Source: Callorhinchus milii (Eukaryota). Taken from it: a stretch of 64,000 bases of DNA. Positions within the stretch are counted from its first letter, which is position 1. Each line of letters starts with the position of its first letter. The notes below the pieces were generated by a model. That model saw only the letters and a program-made list of their open reading frames with translations, had not been told where the DNA came from and did no database searches. Positions 37,151 to 49,569 of this stretch are shown here, piece after piece. The stretch is taken from contig NW_024704742.1 of NCBI RefSeq assembly GCF_018977255.1, positions 121,708,001 through 121,772,000 of the forward strand, read 5' to 3'. The translations under genes and the position numbers were made by a program.

Positions 37151-37944
37151 CACGACTTCTATGTCCATGCTGTGTAACTGTGGAACCTAGACCAGCAGAA
37201 ATTTCAATCATTTTTTTTTTCACTTATCAATCGGATCTACTGGCAGAGGAAGCAAAACAACTGAATAAATAATGCTTTGAGGAGGTCAAATGGCTACATT
37301 AACACTGGAGAAAAGAGAAACCAATTGAAAGTAAAAACAAATCCACATTATTTTCTGGTGATTCCTGTGCCCTCCTAATCTGTGGTACTAGCCCAGCAAA
37401 TATTACCTTATTAAATTACTACTTATTGGTGTGGTTCTCAAATGAGGATTAAATTTGGGTTTTAAAATACAATCCAGGGTATTTTTCCTTGGATCTGTAA
37501 ATAAAATAGTTTCTTTTTTAAATCACACAAGCTTTTCTTTTTAATAAAAATCCCAAATTTGTGGAGAATGCATATATGTCCAGGATGAACAACTGAATAA
37601 TTTCAACGGGTATCTAATTGAGTAGCTCAGTTACAGTTGGCAGTAAATTCAGGTAGAAATGGTTTGAAAAATGGCAATTTCTCCTCTTGGCAGTAACTGG
37701 ACTGGATCATCCTGGTGTCACCCAATGAGATTACTGTCTGCTCAGTGTGTCTTCAAACACGTGTCCAAAAAGAAAACATTTAGGGCTTCATATCATTGCC
37801 GTAGGAACATAGGATTATGGGAACATACAGGACGGAAAAAGCCCATTGTGGTCTATTTGGCTAGTTCCACAAAATAATAACAATAATAATAATGCACTAG
37901 TCCTATTCTATACTATCTTTAGTTGCAAGCTCATAACCTCTCCA

Positions 37945-38345
37945 GGTCTAGGCTCCGTGAGCCCATCAGCCCACCCTTACTTGGCTCCCATGGCTCCTCA
38001 TCCATCAGAGAATTGAATTCTGGATCCTCGTCCTCACTTCCAAATCCTTCCATGGCCTCTCATCATCATACCTCTTTGACCGCTTTAAACTCTACTGCCC
38101 TGACTCCTCTGCTCACTGACCAGCTTCATGTCACCTGTCCGATCTGCCTCACCATCAGTGGGCTAACCTCCATTCTCCGGAGTCTTTCTGCATTACCCTC
38201 TTCCTTCCCACCTTAAAATATCTATTTTTTCTATCATGTTTTTTGACCACGTTTTCTCTCCTCCCTCCTCATCCCCCTCCCATCCCCAGGCTCAGGCTCC
38301 CATTCAGCTCAGTGAAGTGTTTTCAGACATCCTCGAACATGAAAA
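37945..38345 (+). mobile_element. Degraded L2 3' fragment
   Basis: LREPI and LHGL-like sequence, tail abutting an opposite L2 tail. Confidence 0.7.
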
Positions 38346-39000
38346 AACAACAACAACTTGTGGAGTCCTGTAGCTCAGTGGTTAGAGCACTCGTTTTGCA
38401 AGTGAGAGACCTGAGTTCAATTCCAGGCAGAGCAAAACCTTGGGCAAGTTTCCTTACTCCACACACCTAATAATAATCCCTCCAAAACCAAAAAAAAAAA
38501 AAAAATTGGTCATTTTCAATCTACGACTGTTTGTGGGACATTGCTGTGTGCAATTGCTGCCACGTTCGCCCACAAATATACAGTCAATTCACTTTACAGT
38601 GTGTTCTGTGAAGCGCTTTGGGATGTCCTCCCGACGTGAAAAGCGCTATATCAAATGCAAGGATTATTATTATTATTATTATTTATACAGCACCTCTCAT
38701 GCCGAGTAGGTTCTCAGAGTGCTTGACAAATATTATGTTGATGGGGGAGGTGTCCGTAGGAACGGTCAACGAGGAAGGTCTTCAGGTGCGATCTGAAGTC
38801 GGGGAAAGAGGGGCAAGGTGGAGGGATAAAGGGAGTGTCTCAGAATTTCGGTGAAGCTCAGCCGCCGATGGAGGAACGGAGGACACGCAGGACAAGCAGG
38901 AGGTCGGAGCCAGTCGAGCGGAGGCAGCGGGTAGTGAATTGGGGAGTAAGCAGGTCAGTGAGGTAGGGAGGGAGAGGGCATAAAGGGAAAGGTGCTATAC
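38346..39000 (-). mobile_element. L2 3' fragment with a SINE inserted in its tail
   Basis: AACAACAACAACTTGT and ATTTATACAGCACC rejoin across the SINE. Confidence 0.7.
38362..38682 (+). mobile_element. tRNA(Ala-like)-headed SINE, short form
   Basis: Near-identical to 15515-15837. Confidence 0.95.
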
Positions 39001-41448
39001 GAAGATAAACTATTGTTGATTTCCTTGCAAATTCCTATCCACTTTCCTTTTGACGTTATTGGCATTTCATGATTTTGTTGGAGGTAGCAAACAACCTCAG
39101 GCCAAGCCTGTCATCCAATGGAAACATTGCACAGAATAGGCTTGGGAAAGCTTGCCAACTTCTGTTTAAGTAGCTCAGATTTTCATTCTGTTTATTGCCA
39201 TACTTGTGACCAGTCACAGTGTAATTGTTAAATTAAAGCTGATTAGTGTATTTGATGCCGCACTGTTGCTTGGAACTGGAATAATCCTGCCAGATCTAAT
39301 TTGTGTCTGTGAACTTTTTTAAAAAAAAAATCACAAAAACAAGACTTTTACCTCCCCTGACCCTTTCTTACATCACTAGTCTTTCTGTTCCTTCTGGTCT
39401 CCTCCCCTTTACTTTCCCTTTATCTGTTTATTCACAACTGTAACTGGTTATTTCAGCACCCTGAGATGTATGCTGTGTGAAGGACTTTATATAAATGCAA
39501 GTTGTTATTGTGGTTGTTTGAGTTTCTCTCTCTCCCTCTCTCCCTCCTCCTCCCTCCCTCTCTCTGTCTCTCTCAACCATACCAAACGGATTTTGACGAC
39601 AGTTTTAGGGCATACACCAGGAAGTATTTCTTCCCACAGAAAGCAAACAGCAACTGGAATGGTTTACCAGGAAGGTTTTTAAATACTTTTTGAAAGCGGT
39701 GAGGTGGTGGCAAAGTGAAAGGATTTAGTGGGGGCAAAGTGGCTGAAAACAGACGGTGGGGGGAGGGGTTGGAACAAGTCTCAAAAGTCACAAGTCCACA
39801 GGAGAATAGGAAATAAGAGCGGAATGTGTTTAAGAATACTGCATTCCCCTTCTTCTGTTCCATGCAGTAAAGAAAGATCATTTGGGGTCAGGATAAAATT
39901 TTTGAAAGGGATTGATGTTCCGATCTTTGCACTTGTCTCACTTGATTTATCGAAGGTGCATGAGAAAGAGCTTCACTGGAGAGATGATGACTCCTGTATC
40001 TCAGAGAGTTCAATCATATTTAATCCCTTTCCCCTTTCAGTCCTCTTTCAACCTGGTGCAATGTGGGTTGTTACATGTGCAGTGCTGGCACAAAAGCAAG
40101 CCTTAAGCATATTTAGTAAGGATAAGTTAGGATCTTTGTCCACTTTTGCTTACAAAATACGCAGTCACTACACTTTACAGTATATCCTGTGCAGTACTTT
40201 GAGATGTCTTCCCGACCTTGCATTTGACAATGTAAGGATTATTATTCTTTTTTTACTTTGCTTTACTTATGATATGTCATCCACAACTATGACCTTGTGG
40301 GGCTTTGTCCCTCCAGGCACCAAGGAGGCAAACTGCACCCATCAGCTGAATTCATGTTAGTCAATAAGATTAGGACTTGAGGCCTCTAACTGGTAGTGTA
40401 ATGCTGAGCTCTGAGGCCAATTTTCTGTTGCTTTTAAAGGACAAGAAAGCAGAGACTGTTTGGTGGCACACTTTTTATGGTGTGCAATAGGGAAGAGAAC
40501 ATAGGTAGAGAACCAAACAGTGTCTTCAGTAACCTGGCCTGTCACCTTTGCTGACACAACTCGTGTATGATATGCAGCTCAGTGAGGTGAGTGATGCATA
40601 TGAGTTGCTTCGGACTTCGTCCTGTCAAAATAAAATGCGCAATCCTGTGCTTGTACTGCATCTGCTTCGGAGCAGAAGTGGCTTTGAGGCATCCTGGTAT
40701 CCATTCACTGAATCGCTAGCTCCACGTCAGTGCTTTGTGCCTGCTGCACAGGATCATCAATGAAAAGGTTCCCTGACACAGCTGAGATATGCATGTTTGT
40801 TGAATATTAAAAAGATCTCAAGGCAGCCAATTGGTGCTCAGACTTCATTGTGTGCTGCACACTGCATCGTGTCATCAACCATTCATTATTTAGATGAGGT
40901 TAGATTTACCCGATTAACATGCAGATTACTATCTGATGAGTGGAACGAAGAAAAATGAGCAGAAGGCAGTGTTTTGTAAGTAATGTGCACAGTACATATT
41001 TTGAGAAAACGCTACGACACTCAATCTTTATTAACATCTGATTTACAGATTGCATAGAACTGAGTCCTGGCATATTTAAAAATATGCCTTTTGTTGATGT
41101 GAGCTGGTAAATGATAAAGTGCAAATCACTAGTTATTGATCAAATATCTTTTTATGCACAAAATGAAAGTATGCTTTGCAATGTTTTGAAGATGATAATA
41201 ATCATAATGCTTGAGTTGGTATGTGGCGCCTTATCGTTTTCTTGAAACGTCTCAAAGCGCTTCACAGGGTTTACTGTGGGGGTGCAGTGACTGTATTTTG
41301 GGAGATCGACTGGCCTGAACTTTGTGGGAACAATGATCATAAACGGGAATATGAAAACAAGGCCACCATCAGTTGCTCTCTTTGGCTGACTGGGTTGTCA
41401 CAAAGCATTACGTGTGCAGCATTAGCCTCACGGCAGCAACGTCTTGCT

Positions 41449-41462
41449 GTTGCCAAGGCAAC
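41449..41462. promoter_or_regulatory. RFX X-box
   Basis: GTTGCCAAGGCAAC, 13/14 match to the palindrome GTTGCCATGGCAAC, in non-repeat sequence. Confidence 0.55.
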
Positions 41463-42043
41463 GGTAACTGAATCTGTAGGCCAGCTTCCCACACCATGGA
41501 ACTAATAAATGCCAAAGGTTGAAAAAGTCATGAAACTTCTTTAAGTGTATTTTGTTTTTAATCTCCGACTGCTTCTCAGTTTGAACCTTGAATCCTCTTT
41601 TGTTCATCTAAAAGCTTGAGGACCACATTTATTTCAAACCTAGCTGCTGAGGATCAGTGATCAAAGCCTACAAGGGTGCTGAACCTTGCTGGATGGAATT
41701 AGACGTACAGCTGACATAGTCAGTGGCTGACATCAGCTCAGTACAGTATCCATCTGATCGAAGATGTCAGTTCCCAATTGAGGTGTAGCTTAGTGCGAGG
41801 GAGTAATATCTGTAAAATATTTATTTCTGAGACTTTTTGGCACAATGTATACTTTTGGTAATTTTTTTTGGCACCAACCAAGATGAGGGATGCTTCTGCT
41901 GGGGACAAAACAGAAACTGCACATCCAAAACTAAAGGCACATCATTTTTTTTAAAATGATGTACTTACCTTTTGGCCAATTTAATAATAATAATAATAAT
42001 AATCCTTGCATTTGATATAGCGCTTTATCACATCTTTGAGATA

Positions 42044-43200
42044 ACAACAGCAACAACTTGGATTTATATAGCGCCCTCCACGCCAGATGGTGTCTCAGAG
42101 CACTTCACAATAAGGGGCCGAGCCAGAGGGAGGGGGCGAAGGAGGTGACTAAAGGCCCGGTCGAAAAGAAAGGTCTTCAGCCAAAACCTGAAAATAGGAA
42201 GAGAGGGAGCGAGGCGAAGGGAGTGAGGAAGGGAGTTCCAGAGCCCCGGGACATAGTGGCTGAAGGCATGGCCGCCAAGGGTGGAGCGGAGGATTTGGGG
42301 GACAAGGAGGAGGCCAGACCTGGTGGAGCGAAGGCAGCGGGCACCGTTGTGAGGAGAGAGGAGGTCAGAGAGGTAGGGGGGGTGCAGAGGAGTGCAGGGA
42401 TTTGAAGACAAGGGTGAGGATCTTGAAGTCGATCCTCTCTGGGACAGGCAGCCAGTGCAGTCTAGCAAGGACTGGGGTAATCAGGGAGCAGAGTTTAGTG
42501 CGGGTAAGAATGTGGGCGGCAGAGAGACCGGCGAGGAGGGCATTTGAATAGTCCAGCCGAGAGGTGATAAAGGCATGGACCAGGGTTTCGGTGGCTTTTG
42601 GGGTTAGATATTGGCGGAGACGGGCGATGCGTCGGAGGTGGAAGACAGTGGTGCTGGTGAGCGACCGGATGTGGGGAAGGAAGGATAATTGGGGGTCGAA
42701 CCTGATGCCTAGGTTGTGTATGGGTTTGGAGAGTTCTTACGGGGAGGTCGGGTAGGTGGAGGAGCTGAGAAACGTGCAATTTAAGATGTTGACGAGAGCC
42801 AAGGAGTACGGCTTCCTTCTTGTCAACATTTAGCTGAAGGAAATTCGCGCTCATCCAGCTCCTGATGCCTGACAGGCAGGCTGACAGAACATCAGGGGAC
42901 TGGGGGTCGCAAAGTAAGGTGGAAAAATAGAGTTGGGTGTCGTCCGCAAATATGTGGAAGTGTACCCCATGTCTGCGGATGACATCCCCAAGAGGGAGCA
43001 TATAGATTAGGAAGAGGAGGAGGCCAAGGATGGATCCTTGGGGTACCCCGCAGGTAACCAGGTGAGAGCGGGAGAGATGTTTGTTTGTGGCGATGTACTG
43101 CTGGCAGTTTGTGAGGTGGGACTCAAACCAGGCGAGTGCGGTCCCACTGAGGTGGATGACGGAGGAAAGGAGGTGGAAGAGGATGGCGTGATCGACTGTG
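42044..43200 (-). mobile_element. L2 LINE (subfamily B) inserted into a SINE tail (SINE parts about 41983-42043 and 43201-43330)
   Basis: HIFADDTQLY and LQLNVDK motifs; closely similar to 21670-22868. Confidence 0.95.
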
Positions 43201-44034
43201 TCGTCTCAAAGCACTTCATAGAATATAGTGTAAAGTGAATTGATGGTATATTTTGTGGGCGAAACGTGGCTGCTAATTGTGCACAGCACTCTCCCACAAA
43301 CAGTGGTGGATTGAGTGACCAAATTATTATTTTTTTAAAATTATTTAATATCAGCACTCAGGGATAAGTATACTCTCCAGCCCTTTTGACACCTAGGCAT
43401 TAGCATCAAGCAGAGACAGCAAAACCCAGCCCATAACAAATGCAAGGATTATTATTATTATTGGAAGCAAAGTGAAGATTCCTTTCCTGTAACTTTACAA
43501 CATGCCTTGACGCACCCCAAGCCTTAGTAGCGCACCCTCTACTGGACAAGTATGTGTACTTCTATTTCCCATACTGGGAGCTCTCCAGCTAATCCAGCTA
43601 ACCTGTCCTCTAATAAATAATAATCCTTGCATTTGATATTGTACCTTATGTTCAAAACACACAGCCAATGCTCCTGTGAAGAGCTTTGGGAGGTCTTCTC
43701 GATGTGAAAGGTGCTAAACCAAATGTAAGAATTAGTATGAATTACTGTGTAATAATTATTTATTATTATTATATTTTGTAGGCAAATTCGGCAACCAATT
43801 TGTGTGTACAAAAGCCTTTAAATGAATGACCAATTGTTTTTGTCTGGGGTAGTGTTGGCCAGGACATTGTAAGATACTTCCTTCTAAGTATCTGGGCTCT
43901 GCGACGATACCATGCGCTATATTTGAGGGGCGCTATTTAATGCAAGTTGTTGTTCTCTTTTTAAATAGTGCCATGTGTTTTTTTAAATTAGTGTATTCAA
44001 TTATATTTCTTATTTCCTCTCTATTGGCATTGGG

Positions 44035-44170
44035 GAGGACACGTTTGAAGGGCTATGGGGAGAGAGCGGGGGAGTGGGATTAATTTGGACTGCTCTTTTC
44101 AAAGAGCCGGCACAGGCCCGATGGGCTGAATGGCCTCCTTCTGTGCTGTATGAATCATAGAATCATAGTT
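44035..44170 (+). mobile_element. CR1 3' UTR fragment (related copy on - strand about 53370-53550)
   Basis: GATGGGCTGAATGGCCTCCTTCTGTGCTGT plus short tandem end. Confidence 0.75.
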
Positions 44171-44214
44171 CTATGATTTACCTATTTTCCTGGCCCCAAT
44201 CTCCTCATGATGGG

Positions 44215-44530
44215 ATGTAGTTTCATCGGGCTGGTTTCCTTCCCGTAACATACCCAAGTGGACATTATTCATGCTTGAGCCTTGGCAGTGAGTGTCGGCA
44301 GGCCACTTACTGCAGAGAGTGTCACAGCTCAGTTTAGCCTCTCCTGGCTGACACACAACAACAACAACAACAACAATACACACATACACAACCAGCAGAG
44401 AGTGCTGAAGAGGGACTAGTAACCTGGTTGTCTTTCCAGTCTCTAACCCTGGGAAGCCTGGGACCGTCATAAAGCCGCCCCAACTGACACAAGCAAACTC
44501 AGCATTGACCAGGATTTGAACGAGGGAATT
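44215..44530 (-). mobile_element. Third, older SINE-like family (related copy on + strand about 56850-57200)
   Basis: B-box-like GTTCAAATCCTGGT followed by TGCTGAGTT.GCT in both copies. Confidence 0.55.
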
Positions 44531-44559
44531 CCATTTACTACATCATCACATCATCATGG

Positions 44560-44750
44560 CTGCCTACAGGGCTCCTTAATGTCCACCTGTAATAGACAGC
44601 CGGGACCTCAGACACTGTCAACAATGAAGCGCTCCTTCAGCACTGTATTGGAATGTCAGTCTAAACTATGATTCTCAAAATCCTAATGGGGCTTGAATCC
44701 ACAGCCTTCTGACTCAGAGTGAGAGTACTACAAACTGAACTAGCTGACAC
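44560..44750 (-). mobile_element. SacSINE1-like DeuSINE 5' half
   Basis: GCCTTCTGACTCAGAG...GCTGACAC head in reverse orientation. Confidence 0.75.
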
Positions 44751-45252
44751 TGTGTGTGTGTTGTGTGCACGCGTGTGTTTTGTTTTTCAAGGGCAATGCT
44801 GGTGACAAACTAGCTAGCCTGGTCACCAATAGGACTTTTGAGGTGCACATTGGTCACTGGGGGAAGGGATTCTTCCCACTCAGTTTCTTGGGACTTTCTC
44901 CTGACATGAAAGGCGCTGTACAAAATTTAATTTTTGTTGTTGTTAACACTGTAAACCAAAGCTCTGATGGGTAGGTAGGGTGGTCTCCAGCACACACTCT
45001 GGCTTCCCCTAGTCTTAGCTCTTGCCATCTTGTGACTAACACTCTCTGGAATTAGGTAAGTATGCTGCTTTTCTCCCAGGAAATAATATGCATTCCATTC
45101 CACTGTAGGTGGCCTACAGTTTATAATAATAATAATATAGTTTCATCTGGAAACTGTCTAAAGGACAGCACCTTTATCAAGCCAGTGCTCTGCCAGCACT
45201 GCATTGGAGTGTCAGTTGTAACAATGTGAATTTTCACAACCTGAAACGATAT

Positions 45253-45271
45253 CTCTCACTAGATGGCACTG
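45253..45271 (+). promoter_or_regulatory. CTCF-like motif
   Basis: TCACTAGATGGCAC, one deviation from the CCACTAG(A/G)(G/T)GGC(A/G) core. Confidence 0.35.
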
Positions 45272-46974
45272 TTATGTGGTGGTAAAAGTCAATTGGTTTT
45301 ATATTATAGAAAAGTATTTGGAAACTGCAGTCAGAATCGCAGATCAATTGCTACCTCCGGAATTTACAAACAAAGTAGCTCAAGTTCTGGGTTTGAAAGT
45401 TGGTGCTGATTTCCTTTTTAGATAGAATGATGTTTCTTTAGGAGTGATGATTTGTATCAGATTCAGTGATTCAGTGTATTATCAAAGTGGTGTAGTGATA
45501 ATTTCAATCCAGTGCTTATGAGATAGGATCTCATTGTGGTTTCAGATTAAAAATTGTTGAATGAGTCTATTGAACTATAATGCAACTTTGGAAAGGGAAT
45601 CAACACATGGAAATTTGTACTCTTCAAAATGTACTCTAAAATGAAACTAAGTGCTTCATTAATAATCCTTTGCATGTCATATAAGGTTAGGTTAAATAAG
45701 CAATGTTATTTTCCCAAAAGTACAATACACAGTCTCAATACCTTTCCCTAGATCCTGTGAAGTGGTTTGAGATATTCTCTTAACACTTCAAATGGAAGAA
45801 TTATTTAGGATTATTATTGTGTTCTAGATGCCATATGGAATCTATATTAGAATTAATCATAAAATACTTTTAGATATCCCAGGGCAGCAGAAGAAGAGAG
45901 TACCGGTTGAGGGTAGCAAAGGGCATTTTAGGTCAGACATCATGACGTTTTTTTTACCTAGAGGGTAATTAATGATTGGAGCAGATTATTAGGAAGGGTC
46001 ACTAAGGCCAAAACACTGGTCTCATTGTTAAGAAACAGCCTGATGCCATAACAGGAGGACTTTAATAGGAGGGTATTCTGGAGGGATGAGATCAAATGAG
46101 TCTTCTTCATCTGAAGCAATGTTGTGGTCTTGTGAATATTTTTCCACCAATATTTGTGGCTAAGTGAAGGGTGGGGCAGGAGAGGATGTGGGTCACTCCT
46201 TGTTTTATCACAGCTCTTTGTTAATCAGTCTGGTGTCTTCTTCACACCCGGTGAACCAGTGCAGAGATGGTGCAGATGATGGTGCAGAGAAAATTGCAAG
46301 CATTTATTTCTATTATGCACAGATGGAGCATAAAATTGAACTTGTGGAGAAAAAAGTATTAACATCAAAAATTTAATATTCTTGGCAATTTATTGCAGGA
46401 ATAGAAAATGAACCAGAAGGAAAATTGAAGTTTTAAGAAAAGATGATTGTAAGGATTAAATTTGTCCTTGTGAAGAAAGAAAAATATTGCACAACCCATA
46501 TCACAGTGGCTGAGCAAAGAAGTAAAGAGCTTGCAAGATAGTGCCTTCAATGACGAGCTATGTGGGTTTAGCTGGTTAAACTCCAATAGTAATCCAACAA
46601 TCACTCTGGGGTCCCCAAGCCTTGGCTTTTGCCAACCTACTCCTACTAAGTAAGTAGTATGCACCTCACCAGGGAGTGAGGAGCATTCTGTTCCAGACTC
46701 AGAGAAATTTCCATGTGTAGGTGGTATGCATTAAAATCTCAGTCTGGATTTAATACTCTTGAGCATGATGTTGAGCATGTGTCAGAACCCGGCTAATCAA
46801 AAAACAATTAACACAGTAAGCAGTGAGTGATCTAACATCCTTAGATCTCCTTCAGCCTCCCCCTTGGCAAGTTTTAAAGGATTGTGCTGAAGTCAAAGGG
46901 TGGGATGTTCACACCCAAAACTAGTCAACTAAACGCTATGTTCAACACTGATAACTGTTGCATCACACCTCGAT

Positions 46975-48560
46975 CTGGAACTGTGGGATGAGATAAGGAA
47001 GGCCACTAGTAAAGGACCAACTATAGTAGTTGGAGATTTTAGTTTACCAGAAATTGATTGGTATAATAATATTTCTACTGGTAAGATAGAGAAGGGGTTT
47101 CTAGGGTTAAAGGAAGACTGATTTTTATGACACAATTTATAAAAGAGCTAACAAGGGGATATAACATCTTGGATTTGATAATGAGCAACAGGGACGAGCA
47201 GAGCTCTGACATAAAGGTTGGGGACCCATTAAGCAACAGCGATCACAATGCAGTTACATTTGACATCACAAGAATTGGTGAAGTTATAAAAATCCAAACA
47301 AAACTGCCAAATTCCAAGAGGACTGACTGACTTTGTGTACTTGAGAAGTCTGGTTGGGGTGGGTCTGGCAGGCTTAAATATGGCAATGGGAGTGAAGGAC
47401 CTATGGAGTTCCTTCAAGGAGGTGATTATGAAGAAAGTAGAATAATGTGTACCCATGCAAAGCAAAGGAACCAAGCCTAAAGGCATCCTACCTGGTTGGA
47501 CGGGGATACAAAGCAATTCATAAAGAGGAAAAAAAGGTATTTTAAGGCCATGAAGGAAAATGGCACAGAATTAAGTCGAATTGAATGCCAGAAGGCATGC
47601 CAGGACTGCAGAAAAAGTATAAAATGGCAAAGAAAAGCTTTGAATTGAACATAGCAAGAGATATGAAGGATAATAACAAAACATTTTTTAGTTGCATTAA
47701 GAGTAAAAGAAAAACAAGCAATGGACCAATGAAGGTGGGTTTGGGAGAGAACATGACAAATAATGCTCCACAGGCTGCAATAGCGCTAAATACATTTTTT
47801 ACATTAGTCTTTACCAAGGAGGAGAAGAGTAACCTATCTGATCTGGAAGGAGAACTCAAGGATGTCACCGAGAAAAGTTACAACTTTATTCATATCACTT
47901 CCAGCATAGTTGCCAAATAGCTATGTAAACTTAAGGTAAATAAATCTCAGTGACTGGATTAATTGCATCTGAGGAACTAAGGAAGAAAGTTGCAGAAACG
48001 CTTGCACAAATCTTTCAAAAATCACTGAATACTGCAGAGGTGTCGGGCGACTGAAGAAAGGCAGATGTTATTCTTATTTTTAAGAAAGGTAACAAAAGTC
48101 ACCCAGGAAACTACAGTAAGTTTGACGTCCTTTATGGGTAAAATTATGGAGACTCTTATTAAGGATAAAATCATGGAGCGTCTGGACAGAAATAAATCAT
48201 AAATGATAGCTAATATGGATTCATGAAGGGGAGGGCTTCCCAATCTAAGAATAGTAAAACCAGAGGACACGGCCTGCGATTGAAGGTGGATAAATTCAGA
48301 ATGAATCAATTCAAACACTATTTCAATGAGCGAATAGTGAACCTGTGGAACAGGCTCCCTGTGGAGATGGTTGAAGCAGGAAGTATTGATTCTTTCAAAC
48401 ACCGATTAGATAGTTTTCTTTTAGGAAATAACATTATGGGTTATAGTACATAGGTAGTTTGGGACATATGTATATGTGACCGCCAGGAAGGTGGAAGTTG
48501 AACTAGATGGACCGTGGTCTTTTTTCGTCTAGCATTTCTTTTGTTCCTATGATGTCCTAT
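46975..48560 (+). mobile_element. CR1 LINE with endonuclease and early RT region joined to the 3' end by an internal deletion
   Basis: VVGDFSLPEIDW, LDLIMSN, LSNSDHNAVTF, K.FFSCIKSKRK, FKKG; jumps at about 48240 to TRGHGLRL...VNLWNRLP. Confidence 0.9.
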
Positions 48561-48569
48561 GAATTTTTC

Positions 48570-49380
48570 AAGACTGTTGATTTTTAATCAACCCAATATG
48601 TGCAGTATCAAGACACTCCCTAAGGCATAAGAGTCAATCTGACTTGGTGATAAAGCAGCCAGTGATTGTGGCTGTGCTATTGCACCATGGTTTTGATTTA
48701 ATTTTGTACACAACAATCTGTCCCAGTAAACAGATTTGCGTAGGTGTTTCACACTGCTCTTGTAGTCCTTGGAACGCAACCAGTGCAGTCTTGTGTGTTC
48801 TGTGGGTAATCCTTCCAAATGTGTAGTGAAGAACCATACAACTTGCCTTCATGCGTGCTGGGTGGATAATTAAGTGTCCTTTTTCCTAAAGTAGGATATC
48901 AGGTAGTAAATTTATTGCTATGACGACGGTCTTCAAATATTTAATGGTCCCATTGATAGTTAAACCCAGCTTTCAATCAATGAATCAAGATTACTTAACT
49001 GGCTTGTATTCCTGAGCTATAAAGTAAATTACTTCGGAAATGATTTTATAGCTAGTGTTAAATGATCTACGAAGCATTAGGTATGTCATGAGTACTGACA
49101 TTTTGCGCTTCAGTGGTACTGATAGGATTATACTTTCAGTGATGTAAGCCATCACAAAACTGTCACAGGTTCTCAGACTTCCCATCTGATAAGTTGTGCA
49201 TCATTAACTGTTCTTGTTACACTATATTGTGTAAGATGGGACTTGCCTGAATTTTATATTTTTATTTTGGTCAGCTGAGTGTCTGCCACATGTGGGAGCT
49301 CAATACCTTGCTTACGAGTATCCAAACCAGACTAAGAGTTCCATGCATGACACTTACACATGGAAATTACTGAAATTTCC
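48570..49380 (-). mobile_element. Decayed Gypsy-like pol relic (RT end, RNase H end, integrase N-terminus)
   Basis: VWFGY..KQGI...ADQ.K, EYKPVK, KHLRKSVYW; nucleotide similarity to 18150-18260. Confidence 0.5.
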
Positions 49381-49569
49381 CGTTAATCTGGCAAGCTAAA
49401 GGCCTCATGGGTAGGGTGGTCCTAGCTGGACAAGCAGCGGGAAAGCTTGCCAGACAGTGCTATCAATGGAAATTATGCGGTTTTAGCTGGTTAGACTGGC
49501 AGCACCCGAATGCACACTCTGGAATCCCCAAGCCTTGGCTCTTGCCAACCTGCAACTAATACTTTCAGG

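Noticed and set aside
15593..38709. Recurrent ORFs MGKFPYSTRLII...YIKCKDYYY as a gene family
   Set aside because: Chance open frames across SINE copies, without ATG starts
39728..40360. 210-aa ORF
   Set aside because: GTG start, runs through a SINE tail, no recognisable domain or exon boundaries
41961..41975. Strong minus-strand donor AAG/GTAAGT
   Set aside because: Upstream sequence on that strand is a SINE tail; no exon can be built
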